Assembly (NCBI GenBank): GCA_009924455.1
Contig: RFRO01000001.1
Coordinates: 1,145-65,144 of the forward strand
Direction: 5' to 3'
From: Betaproteobacteria bacterium
GTDB taxonomy: Bacteria; Pseudomonadota; Gammaproteobacteria; Burkholderiales; Burkholderiaceae_C
Length of the DNA stretch: 64,000 nt
Below, one piece after another: positions 10,748 through 24,109 of the stretch. A program made the translations under genes and the position numbers. Every line of letters starts with the position of its first letter. The first letter of the stretch is position 1. The notes under the pieces are model-generated. The model made no database searches. It saw only the letters and a list, made by a program, of their open reading frames with translations, and was not told the DNA's origin.

Positions 10748-11563
10748 ATGCACGATGGATTGGATGCCCTAGCAGGCGATGATGATGTGGTCCCCTTGAA
10801 GAGGCCCCGCAAAGGTATTTACGTCCTGCCCAATCTCTTCACGCTGGCCGCTTTGTTTGGCGGTTTTTACGGCATGGTGATGGCTGTCAATGGCCAGTTT
10901 ATGAATGCGGCAATCGGTATTTTTTGTGCCATGGTGCTGGATAGCCTGGACGGTCGGGTCGCCCGCATGACCAATACCCAAAGTGCATTTGGTGAGCAGA
11001 TGGATTCGCTCTCGGACATGGTGTCCTTTGGCGCTGCGCCTGCGTTGATTGCGTACGTGTGGACGCTACAAAACCTAGGCCGCTGGGGCTGGTTTGCATC
11101 CTTTGTTTACTGCGCTTGTGCCGCGCTGCGGTTGGCACGCTTTAACGTCAACACGCAGGTGGTGGACAAGCGCTTTTTCCAGGGCCTGCCCTCACCGGCT
11201 GCGGCTGCCTTGGTTGCCGGCTTTATTTGGTGGTGCACCGATTCGCAGATTGTTCCATCCAGCGTAGCCTGGCCGATGTTTTGCTGGGCTTTGTATGCGG
11301 GATTGAGCATGGTCAGCAACATTCCCTTTTACAGCTTCAAAGACTTCACATTGCGCAAGAGCGTGCCGTTTGCGGTCATTGTGTTGATTGCGTTGATGAT
11401 TGCTATCGTGAACCTGGACCCACCGACTGCCATGTTCGGAATTTTTGTGGTGTACGGGGTGAGTGGGTACGTGGTGTATGCCACGCGCAAGTTCACGGGT
11501 GTGCACACCAGCATGGTCAGCACGTCCACCGACGAGCCGGATGAGCGCGGACTGCACAAATAG
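10748..11563 (+). CDS. pssA: CDP-diacylglycerol--serine O-phosphatidyltransferase
   Basis: CDP-alcohol motif DSLDGRVAR...FGEQMDSLSD; RLARFN; FQGLPSP. Confidence 0.93.
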   Translation: MHDGLDALAGDDDVVPLKRPRKGIYVLPNLFTLAALFGGFYGMVMAVNGQFMNAAIGIFCAMVLDSLDGRVARMTNTQSAFGEQMDSLSDMVSFGAAPALIAYVWTLQNLGRWGWFASFVYCACAALRLARFNVNTQVVDKRFFQGLPSPAAAALVAGFIWWCTDSQIVPSSVAWPMFCWALYAGLSMVSNIPFYSFKDFTLRKSVPFAVIVLIALMIAIVNLDPPTAMFGIFVVYGVSGYVVYATRKFTGVHTSMVSTSTDEPDERGLHK

Positions 11564-11719
11564 CAAACACTGAATTTATCAACAGTATGCGTGGCTTGCT
11601 GCCGAGTGAATTGTTTAACTTTGTGCGCCAAGTGCTTGAAATATTTCATATAAATTTGAAAATGCGGTCATAATTCGTCGCAACCGGTCCCTTGGACCCG
11701 ACGAAATTCCTAGTTTTGG

Positions 11720-12790
11720 ATGAAGCCATTGAATACCCTGACACGACAATTTGCGCTGGTTTGTGCGACCTGGATGTGCTTGGCGGGAACCGTTGTTGCG
11801 GCGGACATCTCCGCGTCCATGGGCAAAAGCAAATCCGTTAGCAAAAAGACCATGGGCAAGCCGGTGCGGCGTGCCACGCTCGCCCGCAAACAGGCTCCGG
11901 TGCAAAGCCGTCTGGCGCGCGCGGAGGTGCCAACCAAGCCATCGGTTGGGCAACTCGCAGGCTTGCACGAACAGCATGACGAATTGCACCTCAAGTCCAG
12001 CGCGGTATTGGTGATGGACCAAGACACCAAGGAAGTTCTGTTCCGCAAGAACGAGCAAGTGGTGTTACCAATTGCCTCTTTGACCAAGCTGATGACGGGC
12101 GTGCTGATCAGCGAAGCGCAACTGTCGCTGGATGAACCCATCACGATTACCCAGGACGACATCGACACCGAAAAGGGTAGCCATTCCCGTTTGAGCGTCG
12201 GCACGGAGCTCAGCCGTGGCGAATTGCTGCACTTGGCCCTGATGTCCAGCGAAAACCGCGCAGCCCACGCGCTGGGGCGCACCTACCCCGGTGGCTTGGC
12301 GCGCTTTGTGGGCTTGATGAACCAAAAAGCGGCGGCAATCGGGATGCGTGATACCTCTTATGTGGAACCAACCGGCTTGTCGAGTAACAACCGCTCCAGC
12401 GCGAAAGATCTGGCCACCTTGGTCAATTACGCCCATGGCGATCCCACCTTGCGTGCGCTTTCAACCTCACCCGGCTACCAGGTCGCTGTCGGTCGCAAGG
12501 TCCTGCAGTACCGCAACACCAACCGCTTGGTCAAAGATCCGGACTGGGATATCGGTTTGCAAAAAACCGGTTACATCACCGAGGCGGGGCAATGCTTGGT
12601 GATGCAGACCAAAATTGCCGGCCGTAAGCTGATCATGGTTTTTCTGGATTCGGCGGGCAAACTGAGCCGCATTGCGGATGCGGAGCGGGTGCGACATTGG
12701 CTGGAAAGCTCGGTGCCTTTGTCGGCCAAAACCAGCCCGGTGGTCAGCATGTTGCCGGGAAATGATCAAGGCGCGCTGCGAATCAATTGA
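11720..12790 (+). CDS. pbpG: D-alanyl-D-alanine endopeptidase (PBP7, S11 family)
   Basis: SxxK (ASLTK), SxN (SSEN) and KTG motifs; signal peptide. Confidence 0.9.
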   Translation: MKPLNTLTRQFALVCATWMCLAGTVVAADISASMGKSKSVSKKTMGKPVRRATLARKQAPVQSRLARAEVPTKPSVGQLAGLHEQHDELHLKSSAVLVMDQDTKEVLFRKNEQVVLPIASLTKLMTGVLISEAQLSLDEPITITQDDIDTEKGSHSRLSVGTELSRGELLHLALMSSENRAAHALGRTYPGGLARFVGLMNQKAAAIGMRDTSYVEPTGLSSNNRSSAKDLATLVNYAHGDPTLRALSTSPGYQVAVGRKVLQYRNTNRLVKDPDWDIGLQKTGYITEAGQCLVMQTKIAGRKLIMVFLDSAGKLSRIADAERVRHWLESSVPLSAKTSPVVSMLPGNDQGALRIN

Positions 12791-12828
12791 AGCGCAGGTG
12801 CGCTGAACAGGCGTCTCCCGGCGCCTGC

Positions 12829-13611
12829 CTACACCGGATGACCGTGTCCGAGGCTGTGTGAAATGGTCTGCGCAATTTTGCGCAAATCAGCCAACCAGCG
12901 GTCGTTCATATGACCGGACGGCGCAGAGATAGACAAGCCTGCAACCAGGTGCGCCTGGTCATCGTAAATACCCACCGCCAGACACCGAACCCCCAGTTCC
13001 AGCTCCTCGTTGTCGGTGGCAAATCCGAGCTGGCGAACCTGTGCAAGCGCATGCTCCAAGGCGTGTAAGTCACGCAAGCTGTTGGCCGTATTGCCAGGCA
13101 GGCCGGTGCGCAGCGCGTAGTTACGCACCTGTTGTGCGTCCTCGTGCGCCAGAAACAACTTGCCCACCGATGTCAGGTGCAAGGGCGCCCGGCCCCCGAT
13201 TGCCCGTACCACTTGCATGCCTGAACGCTCGCTGTACGCGCGCTCGATGTAGATGATTTCGTCGTCCTGGCGCATGCTGAGGTTGACCGGCTGTTTGATC
13301 ACATCGTGCAGCGCCCGCATAGGACCCAGCGCCACGTCACGGACATTGAGCCGCCCCTTGACCAGGTTGCCCAGTTCCAGCAGGCGCATACCCAGCCGGT
13401 AGGTGCCAGGCTGGTCCCGGTCCACGTAGCGCCCGATCACCAGGTCGTTCAGGAGGCGGTGCGCAGTAGATGGGTGCAGACCCGCGGCTGCGCTGATGTC
13501 CTTCAGTGACATCGAGGACTCCGCAGAGGCCAGGATATCGATCAGACCGAAAAGCCGCTCGATGACTTGAACTGATGGAACCGTCGGCCCTGGCGGGGTG
13601 CGGGTGCTCAT
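12829..13611 (-). CDS. IclR family transcriptional regulator
   Basis: N-terminal HTH ([10 protein letters not shown]), [22 protein letters not shown]. Confidence 0.93.
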   Translation of the reverse strand: MSTRTPPGPTVPSVQVIERLFGLIDILASAESSMSLKDISAAAGLHPSTAHRLLNDLVIGRYVDRDQPGTYRLGMRLLELGNLVKGRLNVRDVALGPMRALHDVIKQPVNLSMRQDDEIIYIERAYSERSGMQVVRAIGGRAPLHLTSVGKLFLAHEDAQQVRNYALRTGLPGNTANSLRDLHALEHALAQVRQLGFATDNEELELGVRCLAVGIYDDQAHLVAGLSISAPSGHMNDRWLADLRKIAQTISHSLGHGHPV

Positions 13612-14384
13612 GCCTTGCCGGGCAGCGTGGCGCGCGCTGCATCGGCGTGCGTGAATGACTGCCAGCGTCCATCCAACAGCAATTCAAACGGACCAAAGCG
13701 GATTTTGTAATCCATCTTGCTGCTTTGCGCGATCCAATACCCGAGGTAGACATGGCGCAGCGCCAAATGCTGCGCCTGCTCAATCAACCACAGCACGCCG
13801 TAGGTGCCGTAGCTGGCTTTGTCGGCTGGATCGTAAAAGGTGTAGACAGCAGACAGCCCATCGTCTAGCACGTCCACGATGGAAACCATTTTCAGCACAC
13901 CGGCGCTGCCCTCCGGGGCCGGTTCGCGGAACTCGATCAGACGCGAATTCACCCGGCTTTGCAGCAAAAACTGGATGTACTGCGCGCGGCTGTCCTCGTC
14001 CATGCCCCCGCCGCTGTGGCGGCTGCGCTGGTAGCGCAAATACAGCGCGTAATGTTCTTCGGAGTAACCCAGCTGCACGGCCCGCGCTTGCAAGCCGGCG
14101 TGCTGGCGCGCAGCACGTTGCTGGCTGCGGTCGGGCACGAAGGTACTTGCCGGCACCCGCATCGCGGTACAGGCCTTGCAGTGGTCGCAATAGGGCCGGT
14201 AGGTGAACATGCCGCTGCGTCGGAAGCCCTTGGCTACCAGCTCGGAGTAGGTGCTGTTGTTGATCAGATGGCTGGGGGTGGCCACCTGCGACCGCGCCTG
14301 CCTGTCTTCCAGGTAGCTGCATTCGTAATGCGCCGTGGCGTAGAACTGCAGCGTTTGGAGCGGAAGGTCTTTCAGGTCAGTCAT
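13608..14384 (-). CDS. bpt: Aspartate/glutamate leucyltransferase (ATE-like)
   Basis: [31 protein letters not shown]; ATG at 14384. Confidence 0.92.
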   Translation of the reverse strand: MTDLKDLPLQTLQFYATAHYECSYLEDRQARSQVATPSHLINNSTYSELVAKGFRRSGMFTYRPYCDHCKACTAMRVPASTFVPDRSQQRAARQHAGLQARAVQLGYSEEHYALYLRYQRSRHSGGGMDEDSRAQYIQFLLQSRVNSRLIEFREPAPEGSAGVLKMVSIVDVLDDGLSAVYTFYDPADKASYGTYGVLWLIEQAQHLALRHVYLGYWIAQSSKMDYKIRFGPFELLLDGRWQSFTHADAARATLPGKA

Positions 14385-15126
14385 GGCGGGAACGGGGCAA
14401 TATGTGTTGCCAGTATAGGGGGCTGAATTCCCATTGCAGGGGTGGCTGGGCTGTGGCCCGGGCCAGGTGCTCGAGGAAGGCCGGGCGGCTGATCGGCGCT
14501 GCCCCCAGGCTCGCCATGTGGCCGGTTTGCTGTTGGCAATCCACCAGAACCACGCCCTGCGCCCTGCACAAGGCCACCAGTGCCGCCAGCGCGACTTTGG
14601 AGCCGTCCGTGTGGTCTGTGAACATGGACTCGCCAAAAACCGCCTGTCCCAGCGCCACGCAGTACAAACCGGCGGCCAGCTCGCCGTCCACCCAGACCTC
14701 CACGCTGTGCGCCAGCCCGCTGCGGTGCAATGCGCCGTAGGCTTGGACCATGGCGGGCACGATCCAGGTGCCGGGTTGCCCTTTGCGCGGGGTTCGTGCA
14801 CAGCGGTCAATCACCGCATCAAAGTCGGTGTCGATGCGCAGCGCGCAATTCGGGTTTGTGACAAACTTCTGCAGATGTTTCTGCAGTGAGCGATGGAGGC
14901 GGAAATCTGCCACCTGCAACACCATGCGTGGCGACGGGCTCCACCACAAAATGGGTTGGTCCTCGTTGAACCAGGGAAAAATGCCTTGCGCGTAGGCGCG
15001 TCGCAAGCTGTCCACATCCAGGGCGCCGCCCGCCGCAACCAGTCCTGGTATGGGGTCCCCGTCACCCCAGACCGCGTCGGGGAAGGCATCTCCAGGTTGC
15101 AGCCAGGGCAAATGGGGTTCAGGCAT
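14377..15126 (-). CDS. aat: Leucyl/phenylalanyl-tRNA--protein transferase
   Basis: [29 protein letters not shown]; ATG at 15126. Confidence 0.94.
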   Translation of the reverse strand: MPEPHLPWLQPGDAFPDAVWGDGDPIPGLVAAGGALDVDSLRRAYAQGIFPWFNEDQPILWWSPSPRMVLQVADFRLHRSLQKHLQKFVTNPNCALRIDTDFDAVIDRCARTPRKGQPGTWIVPAMVQAYGALHRSGLAHSVEVWVDGELAAGLYCVALGQAVFGESMFTDHTDGSKVALAALVALCRAQGVVLVDCQQQTGHMASLGAAPISRPAFLEHLARATAQPPLQWEFSPLYWQHILPRSRHD

Positions 15127-15240
15127 GGGGGACTTTTGAGGTGGGGCCAGCTTGCCTAAGCAAGTGCGGTTTGAGCTGACATGGTACCGCCACCGTGGCC
15201 GGGGCGGCACGTGGGAGGGCGGGGGTTAGAATCGAGGTGT

Positions 15241-15317
<77 letters not shown>

Positions 15318-15326
15318 TCTTTCTAC

Positions 15327-15356
15327 AATGCCAAAGCTGTGTCTTTGGCATTTTTC
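15327..15356 (+). terminator. Intrinsic terminator-like hairpin between the two tRNAs
   Basis: AATGCCAAAG-CTGTGT-CTTTGGCATT followed by TTTCTT. Confidence 0.6.
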
Positions 15357-15376
15357 TTGGTAGCCCCCATCCGTAA

Positions 15377-15453
15377 CTGCCCGTAGCTCAGTTGGATAGA
15401 GCAACAGCCTTCTAAGCTGTAGGTCACAGGTTCGATTCCTGTCGGGCAGGCCA
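15377..15453 (+). tRNA. tRNA-Arg(TCT)
   Basis: 77 nt; CTGCCCG...CGGGCAG-G-CCA; anticodon arm ACAGC-CT-TCT-AA-GCTGT. Confidence 0.96.
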
Positions 15454-15458
15454 ATGGC

Positions 15459-16292
15459 TTATCCGGCCCCGCCGGTTTGCACGCTTTCCACCACCAGATC
15501 CAGACCCAGCCAACGCAGAGCGTTGCGGCCCAGGGGTTCGCCCGGCCCGGTGCTGAGCAGTTGGGTCAAGCCTTCGGCGCGCCGGGAAAAGAGCAACTGG
15601 GCTTGGTCGAGGACCCGCCGGGTTTGCAGGCTGACCGGGGCGCCTGCCTCCAGCAACTCCACGCCCGGGCCTGCCAGGCTTTGCAACACAGCGCTGACCA
15701 GGGGATAGTGGGTACATCCCAGCACCAGCTGGTCGATCTGGCCGGTGCGCTGCCCGAAATCCCCCATGGCGTGCAGGTACCGCTCACACAACGCGCGTGT
15801 GGTTTGGTCGTCGCCGTTCTCAATCGCCGCGGCCAGGCCATCGCAGGCCTGGACCACAAACTGCGCCTGGTCTTGCAGGCTGTCCAGCAGCTTGTTGAAT
15901 TTGGCACTCTGGAGCGTGCTGCGGGTGGCCATCACCCCCACCCGTTTGGTCTGGCTGGCCGCCGCCGCCGGTTTGAGTGCTGGCTCAATACCCACGATGG
16001 GCAGCGCAGGCCAGCGCGCCCGCATCTCCTCAATCGCCGCCGCTGTGGCCGTGTTGCAGGCCACTACCAGGGATTTCACGCCGCGTTGGCCGATGAGGTA
16101 ATCCGCCACGCGCAGCGCGCGCGCGGTCAGGTAGTCGTCGGTGCGCTCGCCGTAGGGGGCATGCGCCGCATCAGAAAGATAAACAAAGTTCTCCTGCGGC
16201 AGCTGCGCCCGCAGTGCGCGCAGCACGCTCAAGCCGCCCACGCCGCTGTCGAAGACCCCGATGGGCGCCTCGGCCTGCGCTGCGGTAGGCAA
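15459..16292 (-). CDS. murI: Glutamate racemase
   Basis: FDSGVGG, PYG, ACNTA, LGCTHYP. Confidence 0.96.
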   Translation of the reverse strand: MPTAAQAEAPIGVFDSGVGGLSVLRALRAQLPQENFVYLSDAAHAPYGERTDDYLTARALRVADYLIGQRGVKSLVVACNTATAAAIEEMRARWPALPIVGIEPALKPAAAASQTKRVGVMATRSTLQSAKFNKLLDSLQDQAQFVVQACDGLAAAIENGDDQTTRALCERYLHAMGDFGQRTGQIDQLVLGCTHYPLVSAVLQSLAGPGVELLEAGAPVSLQTRRVLDQAQLLFSRRAEGLTQLLSTGPGEPLGRNALRWLGLDLVVESVQTGGAG

Positions 16293-16303
16293 GTGGTCGG
16301 CCC

Positions 16304-17857
16304 TCAGGCGGTGGTCAGCGGGATGGACTTGAATTCGCCGCTGGCAATGCGCTCTTTCCAGATTGCCGGGCCGGTGATGTGGGCGCTGGTGCCGCCGGCA
16401 TCGACCGCCACCGTGACCGGCATATCGACCACATCAAATTCGTAAATCGCTTCCATGCCCAGATCGGCGAAGCCCACCACGCGGGCGTGCTTGATCGCTT
16501 TGCTGACCAGGTAGGCCGCACCGCCCACGGCCATGAGGTAAGCGCTGTGGTGTTTTTTGATGGCATCGATAGCGACCGGGCCGCGCTCGGCTTTGCCCAC
16601 CATGGCGATCAAGCCGGTTTGCGCCAGCATCATTTCGGTGAAGCCATCCATCCGGGTGGCGGTCGTTGGGCCGGCCGGGCCGACGGCTTCGCCGGCAATC
16701 GGGTCCACCGGTCCCACGTAATAAATCACCCGGTTTGTGAAGTCCACGGGCAGCGGCTCGCCCTTGGCCAGCAGACCCTGGATGCGTTTGTGGGCGGCGT
16801 CGCGCCCCGTCAGCATCTTGCCGTTGAGTAAAAGCGTTTGCCCGGGTTTCCAATTGGCGACCTCGGCGGGCGTCAGGGTATTGAGGTCGACGCGCTGGCT
16901 CTTGTGGGTATCGGGGGCCCAGCTGACGTGCGGCCAGAGGTCCAGGGATGGCGGGTCCAGGTACACCGGGCCGCTGCCGTCCATCACAAAATGCGCGTGC
17001 CGGGTGGCCGCGCAGTTGGGAATCATGGCCACGGGCTTGCTGGCCGCGTGGGTGGGGTAGAGCTTGATTTTCACGTCCAAAACCGTGGTCAAGCCTCCGA
17101 GGCCTTGCGCGCCAATTCCCAAAGCGTTGACTTTCTCGCACAACTCCAGGCGCATGTTTTCGACCGCCGAGAGGGCTGCGCCGCTGCTGGACTTGGCTTG
17201 CAGTTCGTACATGTCCAGGTCGTCCATCAGGCTTTCTTTGGCCATCAGCGCGGCTTTCTCCGCGGTGCCGCCGATGCCGATGCCCAGCATGCCCGGCGGG
17301 CACCAACCGGCGCCCATGGTGGGCACGGTTTTGAGCACCCAGTCGACCACCGAGTCGCCCGGGTTGAGCATGACCAGTTTGCTCTTGTTCTCGCTGCCGC
17401 CGCCTTTGGCCGCCACGGTGACTTCCAGTTTGTTGCCCGGAACCAGCTCGGTGAAGATCACGGCAGGCGTGTTGTCCTGGGTGTTTTTGCGCAGGAATTC
17501 AGGGTCGGCCACCACGCTGGCGCGCAAGGTGTTGCCAGGGTGTTGGTAGGCGCGGCGCACACCCTCGTTGATGGCGTCATCCAGACTGCCGTTAAAGCCT
17601 TCCCAGCGCACGTCCATACCGACTTTGAGAAAGACGTTGACGATGCCGGTGTCCTGGCACATGGGCCGGTGGCCGGTCGCGCTCATCTTGCTATTGGTCA
17701 AAATCTGGGCAATCGCGTCTTTGGCGGCGGGGCTTTGCTCGCGGGTGTAGGCGCGCGCCAGGTGGGCGATGTAGTCAGCGGGGTGGTAGTAGCTGATGTA
17801 CTGCAGCGCAGCAGCAACGGAGTCGATCAGGTCGGTTTGGCGTATGGTGGTGCTCAT
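16304..17857 (-). CDS. fumA: Fumarate hydratase class I (Fe-S)
   Basis: CQDTG, KGGGSEN, GWCPPG, GRDAAH, GPTTATRM; ATG at 17857. Confidence 0.93.
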   Translation of the reverse strand: MSTTIRQTDLIDSVAAALQYISYYHPADYIAHLARAYTREQSPAAKDAIAQILTNSKMSATGHRPMCQDTGIVNVFLKVGMDVRWEGFNGSLDDAINEGVRRAYQHPGNTLRASVVADPEFLRKNTQDNTPAVIFTELVPGNKLEVTVAAKGGGSENKSKLVMLNPGDSVVDWVLKTVPTMGAGWCPPGMLGIGIGGTAEKAALMAKESLMDDLDMYELQAKSSSGAALSAVENMRLELCEKVNALGIGAQGLGGLTTVLDVKIKLYPTHAASKPVAMIPNCAATRHAHFVMDGSGPVYLDPPSLDLWPHVSWAPDTHKSQRVDLNTLTPAEVANWKPGQTLLLNGKMLTGRDAAHKRIQGLLAKGEPLPVDFTNRVIYYVGPVDPIAGEAVGPAGPTTATRMDGFTEMMLAQTGLIAMVGKAERGPVAIDAIKKHHSAYLMAVGGAAYLVSKAIKHARVVGFADLGMEAIYEFDVVDMPVTVAVDAGGTSAHITGPAIWKERIASGEFKSIPLTTA

Positions 17858-18003
17858 GGGTGTAAATTTGCGCCGTGGGCGCAGTGGCTGGTTTGCGGCG
17901 AGTGTAGCCAAGGCCCCGGCCGCTGGGCACCCAGGCTAGTCAGTCGTTTGTAAGTGCAGACTAGGACCATCCGCGCCATAAATTTAAACGAGGAGAGACA
18001 TCG

Positions 18004-20001
<1,998 letters not shown>

Positions 20002-20006
20002 GTGAC

Positions 20007-20057
20007 ACCCTTGGCGCGCAGCGGGGCCAGGCACCGCGCGCGTTGCACGCGAAGGGT
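20007..20057. terminator. Long imperfect hairpin between the convergent acs and DUF945 genes
   Basis: ACCCTT 20007-12 / AAGGGT 20052-57 and GCGCGCAGCG 20014-23 / CGTTGCACGC 20041-50. Confidence 0.45.
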
Positions 20058-21388
20058 TACTCCACTTCTTCTTCGACCATCTCCTCTTCAGCCGGCGCCC
20101 GTGCAGGGGCGGCTTTGGGGTGTAAGAAGTCCTCAATCGCTTTGTCCACCTGGGACAGCGCATTTTTCACCATGCCCGCGTCCAGCGTCTTGTCGCTGAT
20201 TTTGAGCAGACCATCCTGGTAGCTGTACGCGGCCTTGACGCCGCCGGGCACTTTTTCGGCAAAGCCGCTGGTCAGCGCCATGTCGATTTGGCTCGGATTC
20301 AGCAAGGTGCCGGTGACCGTGAGCTGTCCGGAAGAGCGCAGGTATTTTTCCAAGGCAATCTTGCCGTCGCTGGCGGCCATCAGTTCCAGCATCAGGCTGG
20401 CACTCACCTGGCCGCCCTCGCCACTGCCCTTGAGTGCCGGGATACCGATGGACATCCCGCTGGTCAGCAGCGTCTCCACCGCTTTACGGACTTTCTGCGA
20501 TTCGTCCGCCGTCATGTTGCGGAACCCGCAACTCGCTTTGCCGATTTCCACCAGTGAACGCACGCTGGGCGCATGCAAGCCACCGATACTGGCCTCCAGC
20601 ACCAGGTCATTGAGCGACTGGCCCATGACTTTGAGCACCTTCACGGATTCGGTGACTTTGGAGCTGAGCCGGTCTTTGTCTTCGGTGGTTTCGCTGCGAA
20701 CCAGCAGGCCTTGGATGGACACCGACGCGGTGCTGATGCCGTCAACCCCGAGGGCAATCGTGCCGGTCCCCAAATTACGGTCCTTCAGATCCATGTTCAG
20801 GCTCAGGCCTTTCATGTCCAAAGCGTCCCCCTTCCCACGGGCCACAAAGCTGCTCAGGTTCCAGATGAACTGTGCGGCTTTGGTGTCGGCGGTCAAGGAA
20901 CCCTTGGATGCGGTGATCTGAAAGTTCACGCCCTCGTTGTTGAAGTTCATCTCGGGAACATCCATTTCGGCCTTGACGAGGCCGCTGTAGCCCAGCGCAC
21001 CCGTGCCCCCGAGTTTTTTCCCCTGGCCGATCACTTTCTCCAAGGCTGCAGCGGCATTACCCTGGGGCAGCAAGGTCCATTCAAACTGCATCACGCCGCG
21101 TGTGGAGGGTAGATGGCTGACCGAATACGACACGGAAAAACTGGAGGGGTCCTGATTGGCGGCCGCTTCGCAGCTGTCGCGCAACTGGAACTCAATCGTC
21201 CCGCTGGACTTGAACAGCCCCGCCTCGTGGGTCAGCTTGTGCACCACCAAGTCCCCTTTGCGCGAAGCCTCGGCAAACGCTTTCAGTTCGGTATCCAGGG
21301 TCCGGGAGGAATACCAGGGAAGCGCCAAACCCGCCAGCGCGAGCAAGCCCAATACGGCGGCAACCGCCCATTGTTTCAACGAAGTCAT
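20057..21388 (-). CDS. YdgA/DUF945-like membrane-anchored periplasmic protein
   Basis: N-terminal TM ending LPWYSS, then GLFKSS and a beta-rich body, 443 aa; family call by resemblance. Confidence 0.65.
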   Translation of the reverse strand: MTSLKQWAVAAVLGLLALAGLALPWYSSRTLDTELKAFAEASRKGDLVVHKLTHEAGLFKSSGTIEFQLRDSCEAAANQDPSSFSVSYSVSHLPSTRGVMQFEWTLLPQGNAAAALEKVIGQGKKLGGTGALGYSGLVKAEMDVPEMNFNNEGVNFQITASKGSLTADTKAAQFIWNLSSFVARGKGDALDMKGLSLNMDLKDRNLGTGTIALGVDGISTASVSIQGLLVRSETTEDKDRLSSKVTESVKVLKVMGQSLNDLVLEASIGGLHAPSVRSLVEIGKASCGFRNMTADESQKVRKAVETLLTSGMSIGIPALKGSGEGGQVSASLMLELMAASDGKIALEKYLRSSGQLTVTGTLLNPSQIDMALTSGFAEKVPGGVKAAYSYQDGLLKISDKTLDAGMVKNALSQVDKAIEDFLHPKAAPARAPAEEEMVEEEVE

Positions 21389-21457
21389 CTAGAACACTTT
21401 CTTTATTGGTAGACATGAACCTGCCGTCGGGCAGGCGAAAACGGGTTGTGCTTCCAC

Positions 21458-23161
<1,704 letters not shown>

Positions 23162-23269
23162 GGTGGTGCGGCGGTGCCGGGGTGGAAAAGCAGGGGTGCA
23201 GTGCATTTTACGAGCCGCAGTGGCAGCCCGCCCGCCGTCTGCCGGGGTGCGCGCGGGCACAATAGCCCC

Positions 23270-24085
23270 ATGCTGATCCATCCGCAAATAGACCCCGTTG
23301 CTTTGCAAATCGGCCCCTTGGCGGTGCATTGGTATGGATTGACCTACCTCGCTGCGTTCGGCTTGTTTGTGGTTTTGGGCAGGCTGCGGCTGCAGCACCC
23401 GCCGTACGTGCACATGGCGCCTGACCATGCCTGGACTGCCGGCGATGTGGAAGACTTTTTGTTTTGGGGCGTGCTTGGCGTCGTGCTGGGCGGGCGCATC
23501 GGCTTCTGCCTTTTTTACCAACCCGCGTATTACGCCAATAACCCGCTCGAAATCCTGGCTGTCTGGAAAGGCGGCATGGCCTTTCACGGCGGTTTGTTGG
23601 GTGTGATCCTGGCGATGGCAGGGTTTGCCGTGGCGCGGGGGCGCTCCTTTTGGGAAGTGGCCGACTTTGTTGCACCCTGCGTGCCGACGGGTCTGGCTTG
23701 TGGCCGTTTGGGCAATTTCATCAATGGCGAGCTCTGGGGCCGGGTGGCCTCGGCGGATTTGCCCTGGGGCATGGTGTTTCCCGGCGCCGGTGACGCACCG
23801 CGCCACCCTTCGCAGATTTATCAGCTGCTGCTGGAAGGCTTGCTGCTGTTTGTGCTGTTGTGGTGGTATGCGCGCAGCGGCCCGTTGCGGGCCCGGGTTT
23901 CCGCGGCATTCTTGGTGGGCTACGGGGTTTTGCGCTTCGCGGTAGAGTTCTTCCGTGAACCCGACGCCCATCTGGGGCTGCTGGGATTGGGTTTGAGCAT
24001 GGGGCAGTGGTTGTGTGTACCCATGGTGCTGGCAGGCGCCGGCTTGTGGCTGTGGGCCGGACGCACCGGTCGGCCGGATGCATGA
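23270..24085 (+). CDS. lgt: Prolipoprotein diacylglyceryl transferase
   Basis: [39 protein letters not shown]. Confidence 0.96.
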   Translation: MLIHPQIDPVALQIGPLAVHWYGLTYLAAFGLFVVLGRLRLQHPPYVHMAPDHAWTAGDVEDFLFWGVLGVVLGGRIGFCLFYQPAYYANNPLEILAVWKGGMAFHGGLLGVILAMAGFAVARGRSFWEVADFVAPCVPTGLACGRLGNFINGELWGRVASADLPWGMVFPGAGDAPRHPSQIYQLLLEGLLLFVLLWWYARSGPLRARVSAAFLVGYGVLRFAVEFFREPDAHLGLLGLGLSMGQWLCVPMVLAGAGLWLWAGRTGRPDA

Positions 24086-24109
24086 ATTTCCTTGTAAGCG
24101 AATCTGACT

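Noticed and set aside
15377-15470. Genomic island or prophage at tRNA-Arg
   Set aside because: murI follows immediately; no integrase and no duplicated tRNA 3' end seen
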